DNA of 64,000 bases from Acidobacteriota bacterium (GCA_032160165.1 JAVHWA010000089.1:3502-67501); one strand, 5' to 3'; counted from the first letter of the stretch, positions 27,283 through 37,587 are shown. Translations and numbers: made by a program. Notes: generated by a model not told the origin, from the sequence alone.

Positions 27283-28542
27283 ATGAGTAGGTTTCAAGTT
27301 GGAACATTCGATCGACGCCGCACGTTGGCAATCGGCTTGCTGGCGTTGATAAGCTGCGGGATGTTGATCGTCTCGCAGATCGGAAGGGCCCAGACGCAGG
27401 AGGGCCGCCCGCGTCGTAGCGCAACACCTCCGCGCCCAATTGCACAGCAGACGCCGACCCCCAAGGTGACTCCCACGCCTAAAGTGCCGCCCGGATTGGT
27501 TCGTCCCGGTCAGGTCATTCTCAATGAACCTCCGCCCGACATGGCGAACCCGCTCGGCGCAGAAATAGATGCCAACGGGACGATAAAGATCGACACCGAG
27601 CTGGTGAACCTGAATGTTCGAGTGATTGATCGCAACAACCGGCCGATCGGAGATGTTAAGCAGGACGAGTTTCGCATCTTTGAGAACGGCGTGTTGCAAC
27701 CGATCTTCTCTTTTTCGAGAGAAGAGGTTCCGGTCAGCTACGGGCTTGCGATTGATACTTCCGGCTCGCTTCGCTCTCAGTTAGCATCGGTTATCGAGGC
27801 GGGCAAGGTAATCATCAACAGCAACAAACCCAGCGACGAAACTTTTCTGGTTCGTTTTATTTCAAGCGATAAGATCGAACAGGTCCAGGACTTTACCTCG
27901 AGTAAGGAGGACTTGCTCGACTCGTTGGACACTTTCTTCGTCGAAGGTGGACAGACCGCGATTGTCGACGCGGTTTATGTCTCGGCAGAGCATGTTGCGG
28001 AGTACAAGAAGGGCGATGACAATGACCGGCGCCGCCGCGCGTTGATAGTTGTGACAGATGGCGAAGACCGCGGGAGTCAGTATAAACAAGACGACCTGTT
28101 CCAACGGTTGCGAGAAGAAGACGTACAGATCTACGTCATTGGTTTCGTCAACGAGCTGGACAAAGAGGGCAACCTCATCCGAAAGAGTGCGCGCGAAAAA
28201 GCTGTCAATCTCATCAACCGTTTGGCGAAGGAAACCGGCGGCCGTGCTTTTTTCCCAGAGTCGCTCTCAGACCTGCCTGCGATCGCAGACGAAATTGTTC
28301 GCGACCTGCGTACCCAATACGTAGTCAGCTATAGTCCAACGAACAAAGACCGAGACGGGTCGTATCGAGCCATCCGCGTGGCTATTGCCGATGCTACCGG
28401 CAAAGATAAACGAATCGCCTTGACCCGCACGGGTCGCGTAGCCGGACGCGAAGGTGGCCCAGCCATCCCCAAGCCGCCCGTTCCGCGCACTACCACTTCC
28501 GCGCCCTCGCAGAAGTCTACGGGCCCGGGTAGAAATCCCTGA
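27283..28542 (+). CDS. VWA-domain protein (VWFA-related acidobacterial type), paralog of 25957-26982
   Basis: It has the same layout: IDTSGSL, VVTDGEDRGS, and a C-terminal ...YVVSYSPTN...YRAIRV. Confidence 0.85.
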   Translation: MSRFQVGTFDRRRTLAIGLLALISCGMLIVSQIGRAQTQEGRPRRSATPPRPIAQQTPTPKVTPTPKVPPGLVRPGQVILNEPPPDMANPLGAEIDANGTIKIDTELVNLNVRVIDRNNRPIGDVKQDEFRIFENGVLQPIFSFSREEVPVSYGLAIDTSGSLRSQLASVIEAGKVIINSNKPSDETFLVRFISSDKIEQVQDFTSSKEDLLDSLDTFFVEGGQTAIVDAVYVSAEHVAEYKKGDDNDRRRRALIVVTDGEDRGSQYKQDDLFQRLREEDVQIYVIGFVNELDKEGNLIRKSAREKAVNLINRLAKETGGRAFFPESLSDLPAIADEIVRDLRTQYVVSYSPTNKDRDGSYRAIRVAIADATGKDKRIALTRTGRVAGREGGPAIPKPPVPRTTTSAPSQKSTGPGRNP

Positions 28543-28573
28543 TTGATAGGCAGCAGCAGTTGATTGAGAATGC

Positions 28574-28606
28574 GACCCCGGTCAATCCATGCGGCTGACC
28601 GGGGTC
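28574..28606 (+). terminator. Hairpin terminator after the second VWA gene
   Basis: The perfect 11-bp stem GACCCCGGTCA / TGACCGGGGTC has an 11-nt loop and is followed by TTAGCTTTC. Confidence 0.55.
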
Positions 28607-28865
28607 TTAGCTTTCATCATCGGGCTACCGAAGTGCATCGCTGGGGTAGCTCAACAATCCTGACGAGCGCGGCCGAATGCATAGTTCTTCAGTGCGCCCA
28701 TCAGTTTGTTGTAGGCTGATGACAACCCAAAGACTGTCGGACGACGGACCGCATAACTACCGAATTTCACATTAAATCGATTTTGCTCTTCAGCTTCTGC
28801 TAGAATGCGCCCCGTAACTTCAACTCCTCATTAAATACTAGCTGTTCACTTTGCAGGAGGCATCT

Positions 28866-29735
28866 ATGTCGTGTGACGTTGAAATGCTCGCGGGAATCGA
28901 AATGTTCGAAATGCTGGACGAAGAAGATCGACTGGCATTGGCGGAGGTAATTGATTACGAAAAACTCGAAGCCGAGAAGGTACTGTTTCAAACGGGTGAG
29001 CCGGGCGAATCGTTATATGTCGTCCGCTCGGGCGAGATTGAGCTGTACATCAAAGATACCGCGGGCCAGAAAATCGTCCTTAACGTAGTCGCTGCCGGCG
29101 AGATGTTCGGCGAGTTGTCCCTGCTGGATAGCGGACCCCGAAGCGCCACCGCAGTTGCGCTGATGGACACCGAATTACTGGTGCTGGATCGCGAGGACCT
29201 ACTGCTGCTCTTTCAGAAGAAACCGGAAGCTGCTCTTCACATGCTCGCCGCAATGAGCTCCATGACACGCAAGGCAGATCAACTGTTACGAACTCGGGTC
29301 TCGCGCAACGTCAACGAAGAGGTGAAGATACACAGCACGCTTTTGCTAAGAATAGCGGACTGGATTGCGTGGTTCAGTGGCAGCATGGCTTTCCTCTTGA
29401 GCAATGTGGTCTGGTTCGTTACCTGGATTTTGCTGAATACTTTGATCCTGCCAAGGGATCCCACCACGAATGAAGTTGGTTTCGATCCCTTTCCATTTGG
29501 CTTATTGACGATGATTGTCTCGCTAGAGGCGATATTTCTCTCGTGCTTCGTCCTCATAAGTCAGAATCGGCAAACGGAAAAAGATCGTGTCCGCTCCGAT
29601 ATCGAGTACGAGATCAATGTAAAAGCCGAATTGGAAGTCGCCCATCTCCACGAGAAAACGGATCGAATCTACGAAGAAATGTTGGCGCGGTTTACCAAAC
29701 TGGAAAAGGCACTGGCCCAGTCAGAGAAGGCTTGA
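28866..29735 (+). CDS. Cyclic-nucleotide-binding domain protein fused to DUF1003 membrane domain
   Basis: The cNMP-binding motif is FGELSLLD..PRSATAVA. The DUF1003-like region reads DPFPFGLLTMIVSLEAIFLSCFVLISQNRQ. The ATG at 28866 is preceded by AGGAGG. Confidence 0.75.
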   Translation: MSCDVEMLAGIEMFEMLDEEDRLALAEVIDYEKLEAEKVLFQTGEPGESLYVVRSGEIELYIKDTAGQKIVLNVVAAGEMFGELSLLDSGPRSATAVALMDTELLVLDREDLLLLFQKKPEAALHMLAAMSSMTRKADQLLRTRVSRNVNEEVKIHSTLLLRIADWIAWFSGSMAFLLSNVVWFVTWILLNTLILPRDPTTNEVGFDPFPFGLLTMIVSLEAIFLSCFVLISQNRQTEKDRVRSDIEYEINVKAELEVAHLHEKTDRIYEEMLARFTKLEKALAQSEKA

Positions 29736-29756
29736 TTTTGATTCGAGAGCGGCGAC

Positions 29757-30107
29757 TTATCGTTGCGTATCGTTGACGGTAGTGGGTTGGTTGCTGCCTT
29801 TGTCGGGCTCGTTAGAGATTTGGTAAGTGATGTAGGCGATAAAAACGAGCGCAAGGACGAGGATAACAATAGCCACTGGTTCGAGGCCGAGAATAGTGGA
29901 CTGCGGGTTCTGCCCGTCTGCCAGGTCTTTGGGAAACTTTAACTCGGCTGTGTCCATCTCGAGCGACCCGCCGTTGTTCGAGTTCCCTTGCTTCTCTACA
30001 CCGGAGCGTTCTTCCGGCGGCGCAAGCGAGCCGGCCTTTTTGAATGCTCGTTCAGTAGATCCACGAACCGGATTGTGCGCCCTGCGACTTTCTTTCTTCA
30101 CAACCAA
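29757..30107 (-). CDS. Hypothetical small membrane protein
   Basis: The ORF has one C-terminal TM helix and overlaps the corA stop by 10 nt. I recognise no family. Confidence 0.3.
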   Translation of the reverse strand: MVVKKESRRAHNPVRGSTERAFKKAGSLAPPEERSGVEKQGNSNNGGSLEMDTAELKFPKDLADGQNPQSTILGLEPVAIVILVLALVFIAYITYQISNEPDKGSNQPTTVNDTQR

Positions 30108-31090
30108 TTCCTTTTCTTAAAGTAGAAGTACAGAACGAATCCCACCACGAACATCGACGACAGCGCGACCACATAACCATACTTCCATCCCAGCTCTGGC
30201 ATGTGAAGGAAGTTCATTCCATAGATTCCGGCAATAAGTGTCACCGACATCAGAATAGTGGCGATGGACGTGAGCCGCTTCATGATGACGTTCATGCGAT
30301 TACCCTGGACCGACAGGTATGCGTCCATTGTGGAGCTGAGCATATCGCGCAGTGTGTCAATCGTGTCGGCGACTCGGATGATATGGTCAAACACGTCCTG
30401 GAAATAAACGTAGGATTCTCGAGGGAAAATTGGTTGTTCGCGCCTGAGGAGCGTATTGAAGACGTCTCTCAATGGCGTTATCGAACGGCGCAGGTAGAGC
30501 AGCTGTTTCTTGATGCGAAAGATCTCTTCGATTGATGCCGGCTTGAACTCGCCGAAGATTTCGTCTTCCAGGTCGTCCATCCGTTCGCTCAATATATCCA
30601 ACAGCGGCATGTAGTCGTCAACAATCGCATCCATCAGGAGATAGGCGAGCATTCCTGCGCCGTGCTCGGCTCTATCGGTCCATTCGTGCCAGAGCCGTGT
30701 GGCTGTACCCACCGCGCGAATGGGACGGCTGTGGACGGTGACCAGGAAGTTTGACCCGAGGAAGATGTTGAGCTCACGCAGCTCGAGGTGATCGTGCGGA
30801 CCGACGAGTTCAGCTTCGTATAGGACGATGAAGTAATAGCCCTGATATTCTTCAACCTTCGGGCGTTGATGGGTCTGCTGGCAGTCTTCTATAGAGAGCG
30901 GATGAAAGTTGAACTCTTCTGCGAGTTCCATGAAGTCCTGACTAGTGGGATCGTTGACGTCGGCCCATACTACGTTCTTTTTCTCGAGGCAATACTCGCT
31001 AATATCGGCGGCGGGAAAATCCTCGATGAATTTCTTCTGCTCGCTATCGAGACAAATCGTAGTGATCACACTGCTCTCCTCTCGCACCAT
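30098..31090 (-). CDS. corA: Magnesium/cobalt transporter CorA
   Basis: It carries the signature GIYGMNF followed by the last TM helix. The length of 330 aa is typical. Confidence 0.9.
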   Translation of the reverse strand: MVREESSVITTICLDSEQKKFIEDFPAADISEYCLEKKNVVWADVNDPTSQDFMELAEEFNFHPLSIEDCQQTHQRPKVEEYQGYYFIVLYEAELVGPHDHLELRELNIFLGSNFLVTVHSRPIRAVGTATRLWHEWTDRAEHGAGMLAYLLMDAIVDDYMPLLDILSERMDDLEDEIFGEFKPASIEEIFRIKKQLLYLRRSITPLRDVFNTLLRREQPIFPRESYVYFQDVFDHIIRVADTIDTLRDMLSSTMDAYLSVQGNRMNVIMKRLTSIATILMSVTLIAGIYGMNFLHMPELGWKYGYVVALSSMFVVGFVLYFYFKKRNWL

Positions 31091-31467
31091 GGCGATCCCG
31101 CTGAGTATACCCGTTCCCTTCAGTATTCAAACAGCCGCGCACCGCACTCACAAAGCATTACCCAGGCCGCCGAGCGACAGCTTCAGGATGGCAACCTGGA
31201 TCGAATGCTGGAAGATGATTCTGCGTCCCGTACAGTAGAGTTAGTGGGACCAAAGGGGTGGAGGATGGGTTCGATTGGGCTGCGGCCCGATAAGATTCGA
31301 CGGCTGAGGGTTCTAGTGTGTATGTCCGCCTTGGATGATCTTTGTCGCGATGTCGGAAGGCGAATGCCTCGCGAGTCACGAGGCCTGCGAGCCGACAACC
31401 AGACCGCTCCCCTACATGCACGGCGGTGAAGCGGCGGAGGGCCGACTGACCGCGTAGATACGAAAGA

Positions 31468-31794
31468 TTAGCTCTGCTTGGTTCGGACCGAGCCGCTAAT
31501 CTTCTTGCGGGTCGTTTCGCCGGTCCTGAGCACAGGTATTCCCTGGTCTACGTCCGAATGTGGGCGCGGGATCACGTGGGTGGCTACAACCTTTCCCACT
31601 CTAGAGGCCGCTGCTGCCCCGGCGTCGACTGCGCTTTTGACGGCCGCCACTTCCCCCCGGACAATTGCCGTTACCAGCCCTGCGTCTATCTTTTCGTATC
31701 CCACCAGTTGGACGTTCGCGGCTTTGACCATGGCATCGGCCGCCTCGATCATCGCCACCAGCCCCATACATTCGACCATGCCGAGTGCTTCCAT
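31468..31794 (-). CDS. BMC-H shell protein (Pfam00936-type BMC domain)
   Basis: [59 protein letters not shown]...HVIPRPH is a canonical PduA/EutM-like hexamer sequence. Confidence 0.9.
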   Translation of the reverse strand: MEALGMVECMGLVAMIEAADAMVKAANVQLVGYEKIDAGLVTAIVRGEVAAVKSAVDAGAAAASRVGKVVATHVIPRPHSDVDQGIPVLRTGETTRKKISGSVRTKQS

Positions 31795-32055
31795 CGTGAC
31801 CTCTCAACTTCAAAATAGATAAGCGAACTCGATCAATATAGTAACATGGGGCAATATGCCCGCACTAAGATTTAGACGCCCGCGCTCCCATAAAATAATA
31901 TTGCTTTTCCATCAGGGGACAGTTAAGCTTCGGAACTATAAGTGTCCCCTCGCCGGACAACGAATATCTCTCCGGCGCTCTCTCAGCACACACTTATACT
32001 GGGCCGCGGACGAAAGGTCGCCGCATCAAAAAAGAATTTAGGCTAAGCGAACTGC

Positions 32056-32361
32056 TTAGAAGAGCGACAGCACGCTCTGCAGAAGGCTGAGCGTGAGCTC
32101 GGATATGGGATCGATGTAGCTTGTGTCGCTGGACGTTCCGCTTGTCAGGGTACGTTCCTCAGGCATCCTACTGGTCATCGACGGCGGTGGCTCGGGCGGT
32201 GGCGGTACATCGCCACACTGTATGTCTCCAGCTATGACGGACGAAGCTAGAACACACGATAAAGCAGCTGTGGCTAAGAGTTGGCGTAGGGGCTTCACGT
32301 ATTTTCTCCTGGGTGGTTGAAAGTAATGATCGCGGCTGGTTATGAAGCTAAAGCCAACCAC
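32056..32361 (-). CDS. Hypothetical small secreted protein
   Basis: A signal-like LLATAALSCVLASSVIAG is followed by a Pro-rich tract and an amphipathic C-terminus ELTLSLLQSVLSLF. Confidence 0.35.
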   Translation of the reverse strand: MVGFSFITSRDHYFQPPRRKYVKPLRQLLATAALSCVLASSVIAGDIQCGDVPPPPEPPPSMTSRMPEERTLTSGTSSDTSYIDPISELTLSLLQSVLSLF

Positions 32362-32449
32362 TATTCTGAGCAGCCGAATAATACCATATCGGGTAAAGCA
32401 GTTCGCGACGGCAAGGTGGCTTGCAGGGTAGGAGAAAGGTAGACCTCAC

Positions 32450-34735
32450 ATGAACTTAGTGTCGGAGTTAGTTCGGCAGATAAGTAATCCGAGCCTCCCC
32501 CGCGACCAGCGTGCGGAGCTCCGCTGCCATCTTGCTAAAGAGCTGGAAGAGGCGGGGAACTATGACGAGGCTGGGGCGGCTTTTGGAGAGATTTGGGAAA
32601 GCGTGGGGGAACGTCCCAGGGTTGACGGACTGGAGCCGCGTGTCGCCGGTGAGGTCCTTATGCGCGTTGGTGCTCTGACGGGTTGGATCGGAAGCGCAAA
32701 TCAATTAGCGGATGCACAAGAAATTGCAAAGGACCTAATCAGTGAGAGTGTTTCCCAATTTGAGTCGATCGATGATATCGCAAAAGTAGCGGAGGCGCGG
32801 ACGGAGCTCGCGTATTGTTACTGGCGGGAAGGTGCATTCGACGAAGCAAGAGTCACGTTGCACGCGGCGTTAAGCTACCTGACCGAAGAACATTCAGAAG
32901 TGAAGGCCGTCGCCTTGCTCCGCAGCGCCATCGTTGATATATCCGCCCAACGCTTCAACGATGCTTTACGGATCCTGACTGAAATCCAGCCGCTTTATGA
33001 TGAAGTTAAGAGCCATTCCTTTAAGGGACGATTTCACATCGCGCTCGCGAACACACTAAAGAATCTTGGAACTACTGAAAGACGCGGCGACTATATTGAT
33101 CGGGCACTAATCGAATACGCCGCAGCCAGCCATCATTTCGAAATGGCGGGACATACGTCGTATCGGGCCGCGGTGGAAAACAACTCGGGCTTCCTGTTAT
33201 TCAAAGAAGGAAAGTTCGACGAAGCAATAGCTCACCTGGAGAGCGCGCGCCGACTGTTCACCAGTCTCAAGGACAAGGTTCATAGCGCTCAGGTTGACGA
33301 GACACGGGCTCGCGTCCTGTTGGCCCAAAAGCTCAACCTAGAAGCTGAGAAGGTCATAAGGTCCGCTGTTCTGACCCTCGAGAAAGGCGGTGAGCATGCG
33401 TTGCTTGCCGAAGCGTTGACGACGCATGGCCTGGCGTTGTCGCGGCTGGGCCAGCGCGAGCATTCGCGGACGGTGCTTACCCGCGCCATGGAGGTTGCAG
33501 AACAGGCTGGTGATCCTGAGGGAGCCGGACGCGCAGCGCTGACATTGATTGAGGAGCTGCGAGACCGGTTGACCGAAGAAGAAGCGAGCCACATCTATCG
33601 GCACGCCGATGAGCTTCTTGCCGGCTCCCAACACATCGCGACAATCTTACGTCTGCGCGATTGTGCCCGGCACGTACTCGACTTGAATAAAACGAGTACG
33701 CGAGACGAGGCGACGACCACCTTCGTCTACGCGGCAGAGAACACGGCGGCACTGTTACAGCAGGCTCGCCGACTCTCGGAGATCGATCGGCCGGTTTTGA
33801 TTACCGGCGAACCGGGAACGGGAAAGGAAGTCCTGGCTACTCTGATCCATGAGTGGAGCGGTCGCGGTGGCAAATTTGTAGCAATCAACTGCGCGGCCCT
33901 CACCGACACCCGGATCGAATCACAGTTGTTCGGACATAAGAAGGGCAGCTTCACGGATGCAGTCGAGGATTATCCCGGAGCAGTTCGCGAAGCTGCGGGA
34001 GGTACATTGTTCCTCGATGAAGTGGCCGAACTAAATACTCCGAACCAGGTGAACTTGCTCAGGCTGATCGAGCGCGGCGAGATTTATCCGATCGGAGCCA
34101 CGGCGCCGGAACGAATCAATGTGCGAGTAATTACAGCCACGAATCGCAATCTGGCGGACCGAGTGTCAACGGGTAAGTTCCGACAGGACCTATTCTATCG
34201 TCTACAAACATTTCACCTGGATGTCCCTCCGCTGAGGGAACGAGCCGAAGACATACCGTCGATAGCGGAGCACTTTATTGCCGAAGCGTGCGAGCGTCAC
34301 CACAAACGTGTGATCTTCCACCCGGACAGTCTGGCCGCGATGAAAGAGTTGCCGTTGCCCGGTAACGCGCGTGAGCTGCGCATACTGATCGAGCGTACGC
34401 TTCTCAAAGCGGCGGACGGCGCTGAGATCGCACCCGGCGCAATCGAGACGGTGGCGCTTCGTCAGACGCGCGAGGCCGGATTCGCAGAGGTGTGGGAAGG
34501 TTTCTCTCTGGTAGAGGAGGTTTTGCGTTTTGAGAAGGGGTTGATTCTACGCGCGCTCAACGCAACCCAGGGAGGAGTTACTCGCGCTGCCAGGCTCCTG
34601 GGTGTGACCCATCAAACTTTGTCCTTCATACTTAACACGAGGCACAAAGACCTGCTGAGTGTGCGAAAACCCGTGACGCGACGCCGGCGTAGCATAATCC
34701 GTCCGGAGTTCGCTCGCGCGAGAAAACAACAGTGA
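32450..34735 (+). CDS. TPR-containing AAA+ enhancer-binding-type (sigma-54-interaction domain) transcriptional regulator with Fis-type HTH
   Basis: Motifs seen are Walker A GEPGTGKE, Walker B GTLFLDEV, an arginine finger region and a C-terminal GGVTRAARLLGVTHQTLSF. The GAFTGA loop reads GSFTDA. Confidence 0.85.
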   Translation: MNLVSELVRQISNPSLPRDQRAELRCHLAKELEEAGNYDEAGAAFGEIWESVGERPRVDGLEPRVAGEVLMRVGALTGWIGSANQLADAQEIAKDLISESVSQFESIDDIAKVAEARTELAYCYWREGAFDEARVTLHAALSYLTEEHSEVKAVALLRSAIVDISAQRFNDALRILTEIQPLYDEVKSHSFKGRFHIALANTLKNLGTTERRGDYIDRALIEYAAASHHFEMAGHTSYRAAVENNSGFLLFKEGKFDEAIAHLESARRLFTSLKDKVHSAQVDETRARVLLAQKLNLEAEKVIRSAVLTLEKGGEHALLAEALTTHGLALSRLGQREHSRTVLTRAMEVAEQAGDPEGAGRAALTLIEELRDRLTEEEASHIYRHADELLAGSQHIATILRLRDCARHVLDLNKTSTRDEATTTFVYAAENTAALLQQARRLSEIDRPVLITGEPGTGKEVLATLIHEWSGRGGKFVAINCAALTDTRIESQLFGHKKGSFTDAVEDYPGAVREAAGGTLFLDEVAELNTPNQVNLLRLIERGEIYPIGATAPERINVRVITATNRNLADRVSTGKFRQDLFYRLQTFHLDVPPLRERAEDIPSIAEHFIAEACERHHKRVIFHPDSLAAMKELPLPGNARELRILIERTLLKAADGAEIAPGAIETVALRQTREAGFAEVWEGFSLVEEVLRFEKGLILRALNATQGGVTRAARLLGVTHQTLSFILNTRHKDLLSVRKPVTRRRRSIIRPEFARARKQQ

Positions 34736-34759
34736 GGACTACGCCCGATCAGTACTGTC

Positions 34760-36127
34760 TCAGTTTCTCAGCGAATGGATCGGCGCAGGAATTCTACCTC
34801 CACGGCGTATGAACATGTCGGAAGAAAACTGATGAACCGCCATAATAGGCGCAGTCCCCAATAACCCGCCAAACTCGACAGTCTCTCCAACCGACATACC
34901 CGGTACCGGAATAATCCGAACAGCCGTAGTCTTGTTGTTCATTACCCCAATGGCCATCTCATCGGCGATGATGGCGGCTATTGTCTCAGCGGAAGTTGAG
35001 CCCGGGACTGCGACCATATCGATCCCTACGGAACAAACGCTTGTCCAGGCTTCCAATTTGTCCAGCGACAACGCGCCCATCCGAGCAGCATCGATCATAC
35101 CGGCGTCTTCGGAAACTGGAATGAACGCCCCGCTCATACCGCCCACCGAGCTCGAAGCCATGGCCCCGCCTTTCTTCACCGCATCCGTCAGAAGGGCCAG
35201 CGCGGCGGTAGTACCGTGCGTGCCGGCACGTTCAAATCCCATTCCCTGGATGATCTCGGCAACCGAATCGCCCGGTGTTGGTGTCGGCGCCAGCGAAAGA
35301 TCGATTATGCCGAACGGAATGCCAAGACGCCTGGCTGCTTCGCGTCCGATCAACTCGCCGGCCCGCGAAAGCTTGAACGATATTTTCTTTATGATCTCGG
35401 CTATCTCGTGAAGCGGAAGGTCGGGCGGCGCGTGCTTGACGGCGTGATTCACCACGCCGGGACCTGAGACACCAACGTTGATCACGGCCTCTGGCTCTCC
35501 GACGCCGTGGAACGCTCCCGCCATAAACGGATTGTCTTCCACTGCGTTGGCAAAGCACACAAACTTGGCGCACGCCAACCCACCTCGGTCTCGAGTGCGC
35601 TCTGCCATCTCCTTGATGAGCGCGCCGGTGCGTCGAACGGCGTCCATGTTTATTCCCGCCCGCGTCGTCGCCACGTTAAGCGAGGAACACAACCGCTCAG
35701 TAGACGCCAGCGCCTCGGGGATCGAATCCATAAAGTCGCTCTCAACTCGCGTCCAGCCCTTGTGAACCAAAGCGGAATAGCCGCCGATAAAATCCACGCC
35801 GACGCTTTGCGCTGACTCGTCGATCGCACGTGCGAGCGCAATGTAATCCCCTTCCGAGCGAGCGCCTTCGACGATCATCGAAGCGGGAGTAATAGAAATT
35901 CGTTTATTGGCGATCCGGATTCCCACCTCATCGCCAATCTCATCTACCGTTGCGACAAGCCGGCCCGCTGTCCGCAGGATCTTCTCGCGAACTCTGTCTG
36001 CGGTTTTCTCGATCGTATCGCTCGCGCAGTTTCGCAGCGATAGGCCAAGCGTTACCGTGCGAATATCGAGATGTTCGATCTCCGTCATCCGCAAGGTCTG
36101 TAGAATTTCAGCCTGTGAATATTCCAT
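34760..36127 (-). CDS. UPF0210 / DUF711 protein (named PFL family protein in NCBI annotation)
   Basis: It shows the N-terminal [18 protein letters not shown] and the C-terminal [17 protein letters not shown]. About 450 aa and an adjacent ACT-domain partner are both characteristic of the family. Confidence 0.8.
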   Translation of the reverse strand: MEYSQAEILQTLRMTEIEHLDIRTVTLGLSLRNCASDTIEKTADRVREKILRTAGRLVATVDEIGDEVGIRIANKRISITPASMIVEGARSEGDYIALARAIDESAQSVGVDFIGGYSALVHKGWTRVESDFMDSIPEALASTERLCSSLNVATTRAGINMDAVRRTGALIKEMAERTRDRGGLACAKFVCFANAVEDNPFMAGAFHGVGEPEAVINVGVSGPGVVNHAVKHAPPDLPLHEIAEIIKKISFKLSRAGELIGREAARRLGIPFGIIDLSLAPTPTPGDSVAEIIQGMGFERAGTHGTTAALALLTDAVKKGGAMASSSVGGMSGAFIPVSEDAGMIDAARMGALSLDKLEAWTSVCSVGIDMVAVPGSTSAETIAAIIADEMAIGVMNNKTTAVRIIPVPGMSVGETVEFGGLLGTAPIMAVHQFSSDMFIRRGGRIPAPIHSLRN

Positions 36128-36130
36128 AAG

Positions 36131-36221
36131 AGTTTAGAGTTCAGGGTTTCGGCTTTCAGGCTTCAGGCTTCACGGTTTAATTCAACTCGGAACTCAAAAC
36201 CCGAAACTCAGTACCCAACTA
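36131..36221. repeat. 13 consecutive heptamers forming an imperfect inverted array (spacer between zinc-ribbon gene and UPF0210 gene)
   Basis: The left arm reads AGTTTAG AGTTCAG GGTTTCG GCTTTCA GGCTTCA GGCTTCA CGGTTTA. The right arm reads ATTCAAC TCGGAAC TCAAAAC CCGAAAC TCAGTAC. Confidence 0.8.
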
Positions 36222-36635
36222 TCCGAGGAGATGGTTGAACCAAAGAAACAGGAGAGCAACTACGAAGATAGCGATAGCGATGAGCACGAATCGCAGGTTG
36301 GGATCGTCAGAGGCTTCTTCGAGCATTACATTGGAGGCCTGTCGCCACTTTTCCACGCGGGGGCCGATCTTGCCTTCCACAACCTCGCGTGCAGATGTTC
36401 TTACTCGCTGTCGTTTCGCGGGCTCGTCGCCGCTCGGAGCCACCTCGACCACCGCGGCGGACGCCTGGGCTTTTCCATCTGTCGCTTTCAGCGACGAAGC
36501 CTCAGGTGCGCTCGTGTCGGATACGGCTTCGGTCGTTCCGGACTTCAAGGTATTTCCGCATTCCGGGCAAAAAAAAGCCGTTCCGCGCACCGAAGCGCCG
36601 CATTTCAAACATCGCCTTGAGATCTCAGGTTCCAT
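36219..36635 (-). CDS. Zinc-ribbon protein with C-terminal TM helix
   Basis: It shows CLKCG...CPECG and FVLIAIAIFVVALLFLWF. Its start overlaps the stop of the upstream ACT gene (TAATG). Confidence 0.6.
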   Translation of the reverse strand: MEPEISRRCLKCGASVRGTAFFCPECGNTLKSGTTEAVSDTSAPEASSLKATDGKAQASAAVVEVAPSGDEPAKRQRVRTSAREVVEGKIGPRVEKWRQASNVMLEEASDDPNLRFVLIAIAIFVVALLFLWFNHLLG

Positions 36636-37108
36636 TAGATTCGATGCATCGCGTTAAAGAGGTCTTCCCGTTGCGCATAGATGCGAACGCCCAAATGCTC
36701 GCCCGCTTTGCGAAAGCGCTCCTTGAGTGCTGAAGCAGATTCCTTCGCGCGGGAAATGTCCGCGATGATGATCATCGCGAATTTGCCCTGAACGACGGTC
36801 TGGTTGATATCGATTATGCTGCACTCGGCTTCTGCGAGGACCTCGGACACGCCGGCGACGATTCCCGGATGATCCACGCCAAAGACAGATACGATCAATC
36901 GCGCTGCGGAGCCTGCGTCGCGCGCTTCGCGTTCGCGCACGCTCGTGGGACCTGCATCCACCTCGCCGGCTGCGCCGTTGCCTACCACGGGCTCAATAGC
37001 AGTGTAGACGTCAGTCACTAACTGTTCGACCATCTGTTCGTCAGCGCCCGCGCCCAGTCGGCCATAGACCGCCCGTGTTATCCGATAAATCAGTTCTTCG
37101 TTTGCCAT
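36635..37108 (-). CDS. ACT-domain protein (UPF0237-like) with about 70-aa N-terminal extension
   Basis: The ACT core reads LIVSVFGVDHPGIVAGVSEVLAEAECSIIDINQTVVQGKFAMIIIADI. The extension contains the helices EELIYRITRAVYGRL and EQMVEQLVTDVYTAIEPVV. I prefer the start MANEEL at 37108. Confidence 0.7.
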   Translation of the reverse strand: MANEELIYRITRAVYGRLGAGADEQMVEQLVTDVYTAIEPVVGNGAAGEVDAGPTSVREREARDAGSAARLIVSVFGVDHPGIVAGVSEVLAEAECSIIDINQTVVQGKFAMIIIADISRAKESASALKERFRKAGEHLGVRIYAQREDLFNAMHRI

Positions 37109-37167
37109 TCCAACCCGGTGACAACTCAAATGGAGACAGAAGACAGGCTCGCGACAGGTAATACTCG

Positions 37168-37500
37168 CTACCGCCTTCGATTATCTACCCCCCTCAGTTC
37201 GTCCGCGGCGTCATTAGCTTCCTGCGAAACCGAATCCTGTAAGTCCATCCGATCAACGATCGCGACCACAGCGGCTTCTATCGACATATCCTGATTGCCG
37301 ATAGCGGTGCGCGCGGCTTTGCCATACGCGCACATCACGATTTCACCAATGCCGGCTCCTAGCCGATCAGCAACCACCACAATATTCCGCGTCGGCTCTT
37401 TGTCCAGATCGTAAGGATGGACAATCAAAAAACGAACGCCCTCCAAATCGGGCGTCTTCTTGGTTGACCAGACTGTACCGACTACTTTGCCCAGGAACAT
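37168..37500 (-). CDS. BMC-P vertex protein (EutN/CcmL family)
   Basis: MFLGKVVGTVWSTKK...GVRFLIV......VVADRLGAGIGEIVM...G.AAR is a canonical EutN/CcmL pentamer sequence. Confidence 0.9.
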   Translation of the reverse strand: MFLGKVVGTVWSTKKTPDLEGVRFLIVHPYDLDKEPTRNIVVVADRLGAGIGEIVMCAYGKAARTAIGNQDMSIEAAVVAIVDRMDLQDSVSQEANDAADELRGVDNRRR

Positions 37501-37505
37501 AAAAA

Positions 37506-37575
37506 GTTGGCAGTTGGCAGTTAGCAGTATTACCAGTCGGACCCAAGCAGTTTGCTGCTACTGCCCGCTGCTAAC
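37506..37575. repeat. Heptamer array (GTTGGCA GTTGGCA GTTAGCA GTATTAC) with inverted partner CTGCTAAC; spacer between AldDH and BMC-P genes
   Basis: The array lies at 37506-37533 and the inverted match to GTTAGCAG at 37568-37575. On the coding strand, (CTGCCAA)n ends 5 nt before the BMC-P ATG. Confidence 0.8.
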
Positions 37576-37587
37576 GGCCCACTCGCC

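Noticed and set aside
31091-31467. Riboswitch (M-box type) or small gene in the 377-nt spacer upstream of corA
   Set aside because: I could not recognise M-box conserved elements or any convincing ORF; the listed ORFs there are Arg-rich shadows. The spacer is left unannotated, and a covariance-model scan would be needed to settle it.
37506-37533. TTGGCAG repeats as sigma-54 -24 (TGGCA) promoter elements for the BMC genes
   Set aside because: On the coding strand the units read CTGCCAA. On either strand I could not place a GC -12 element at the required spacing from a GG. The match is to half a motif only.
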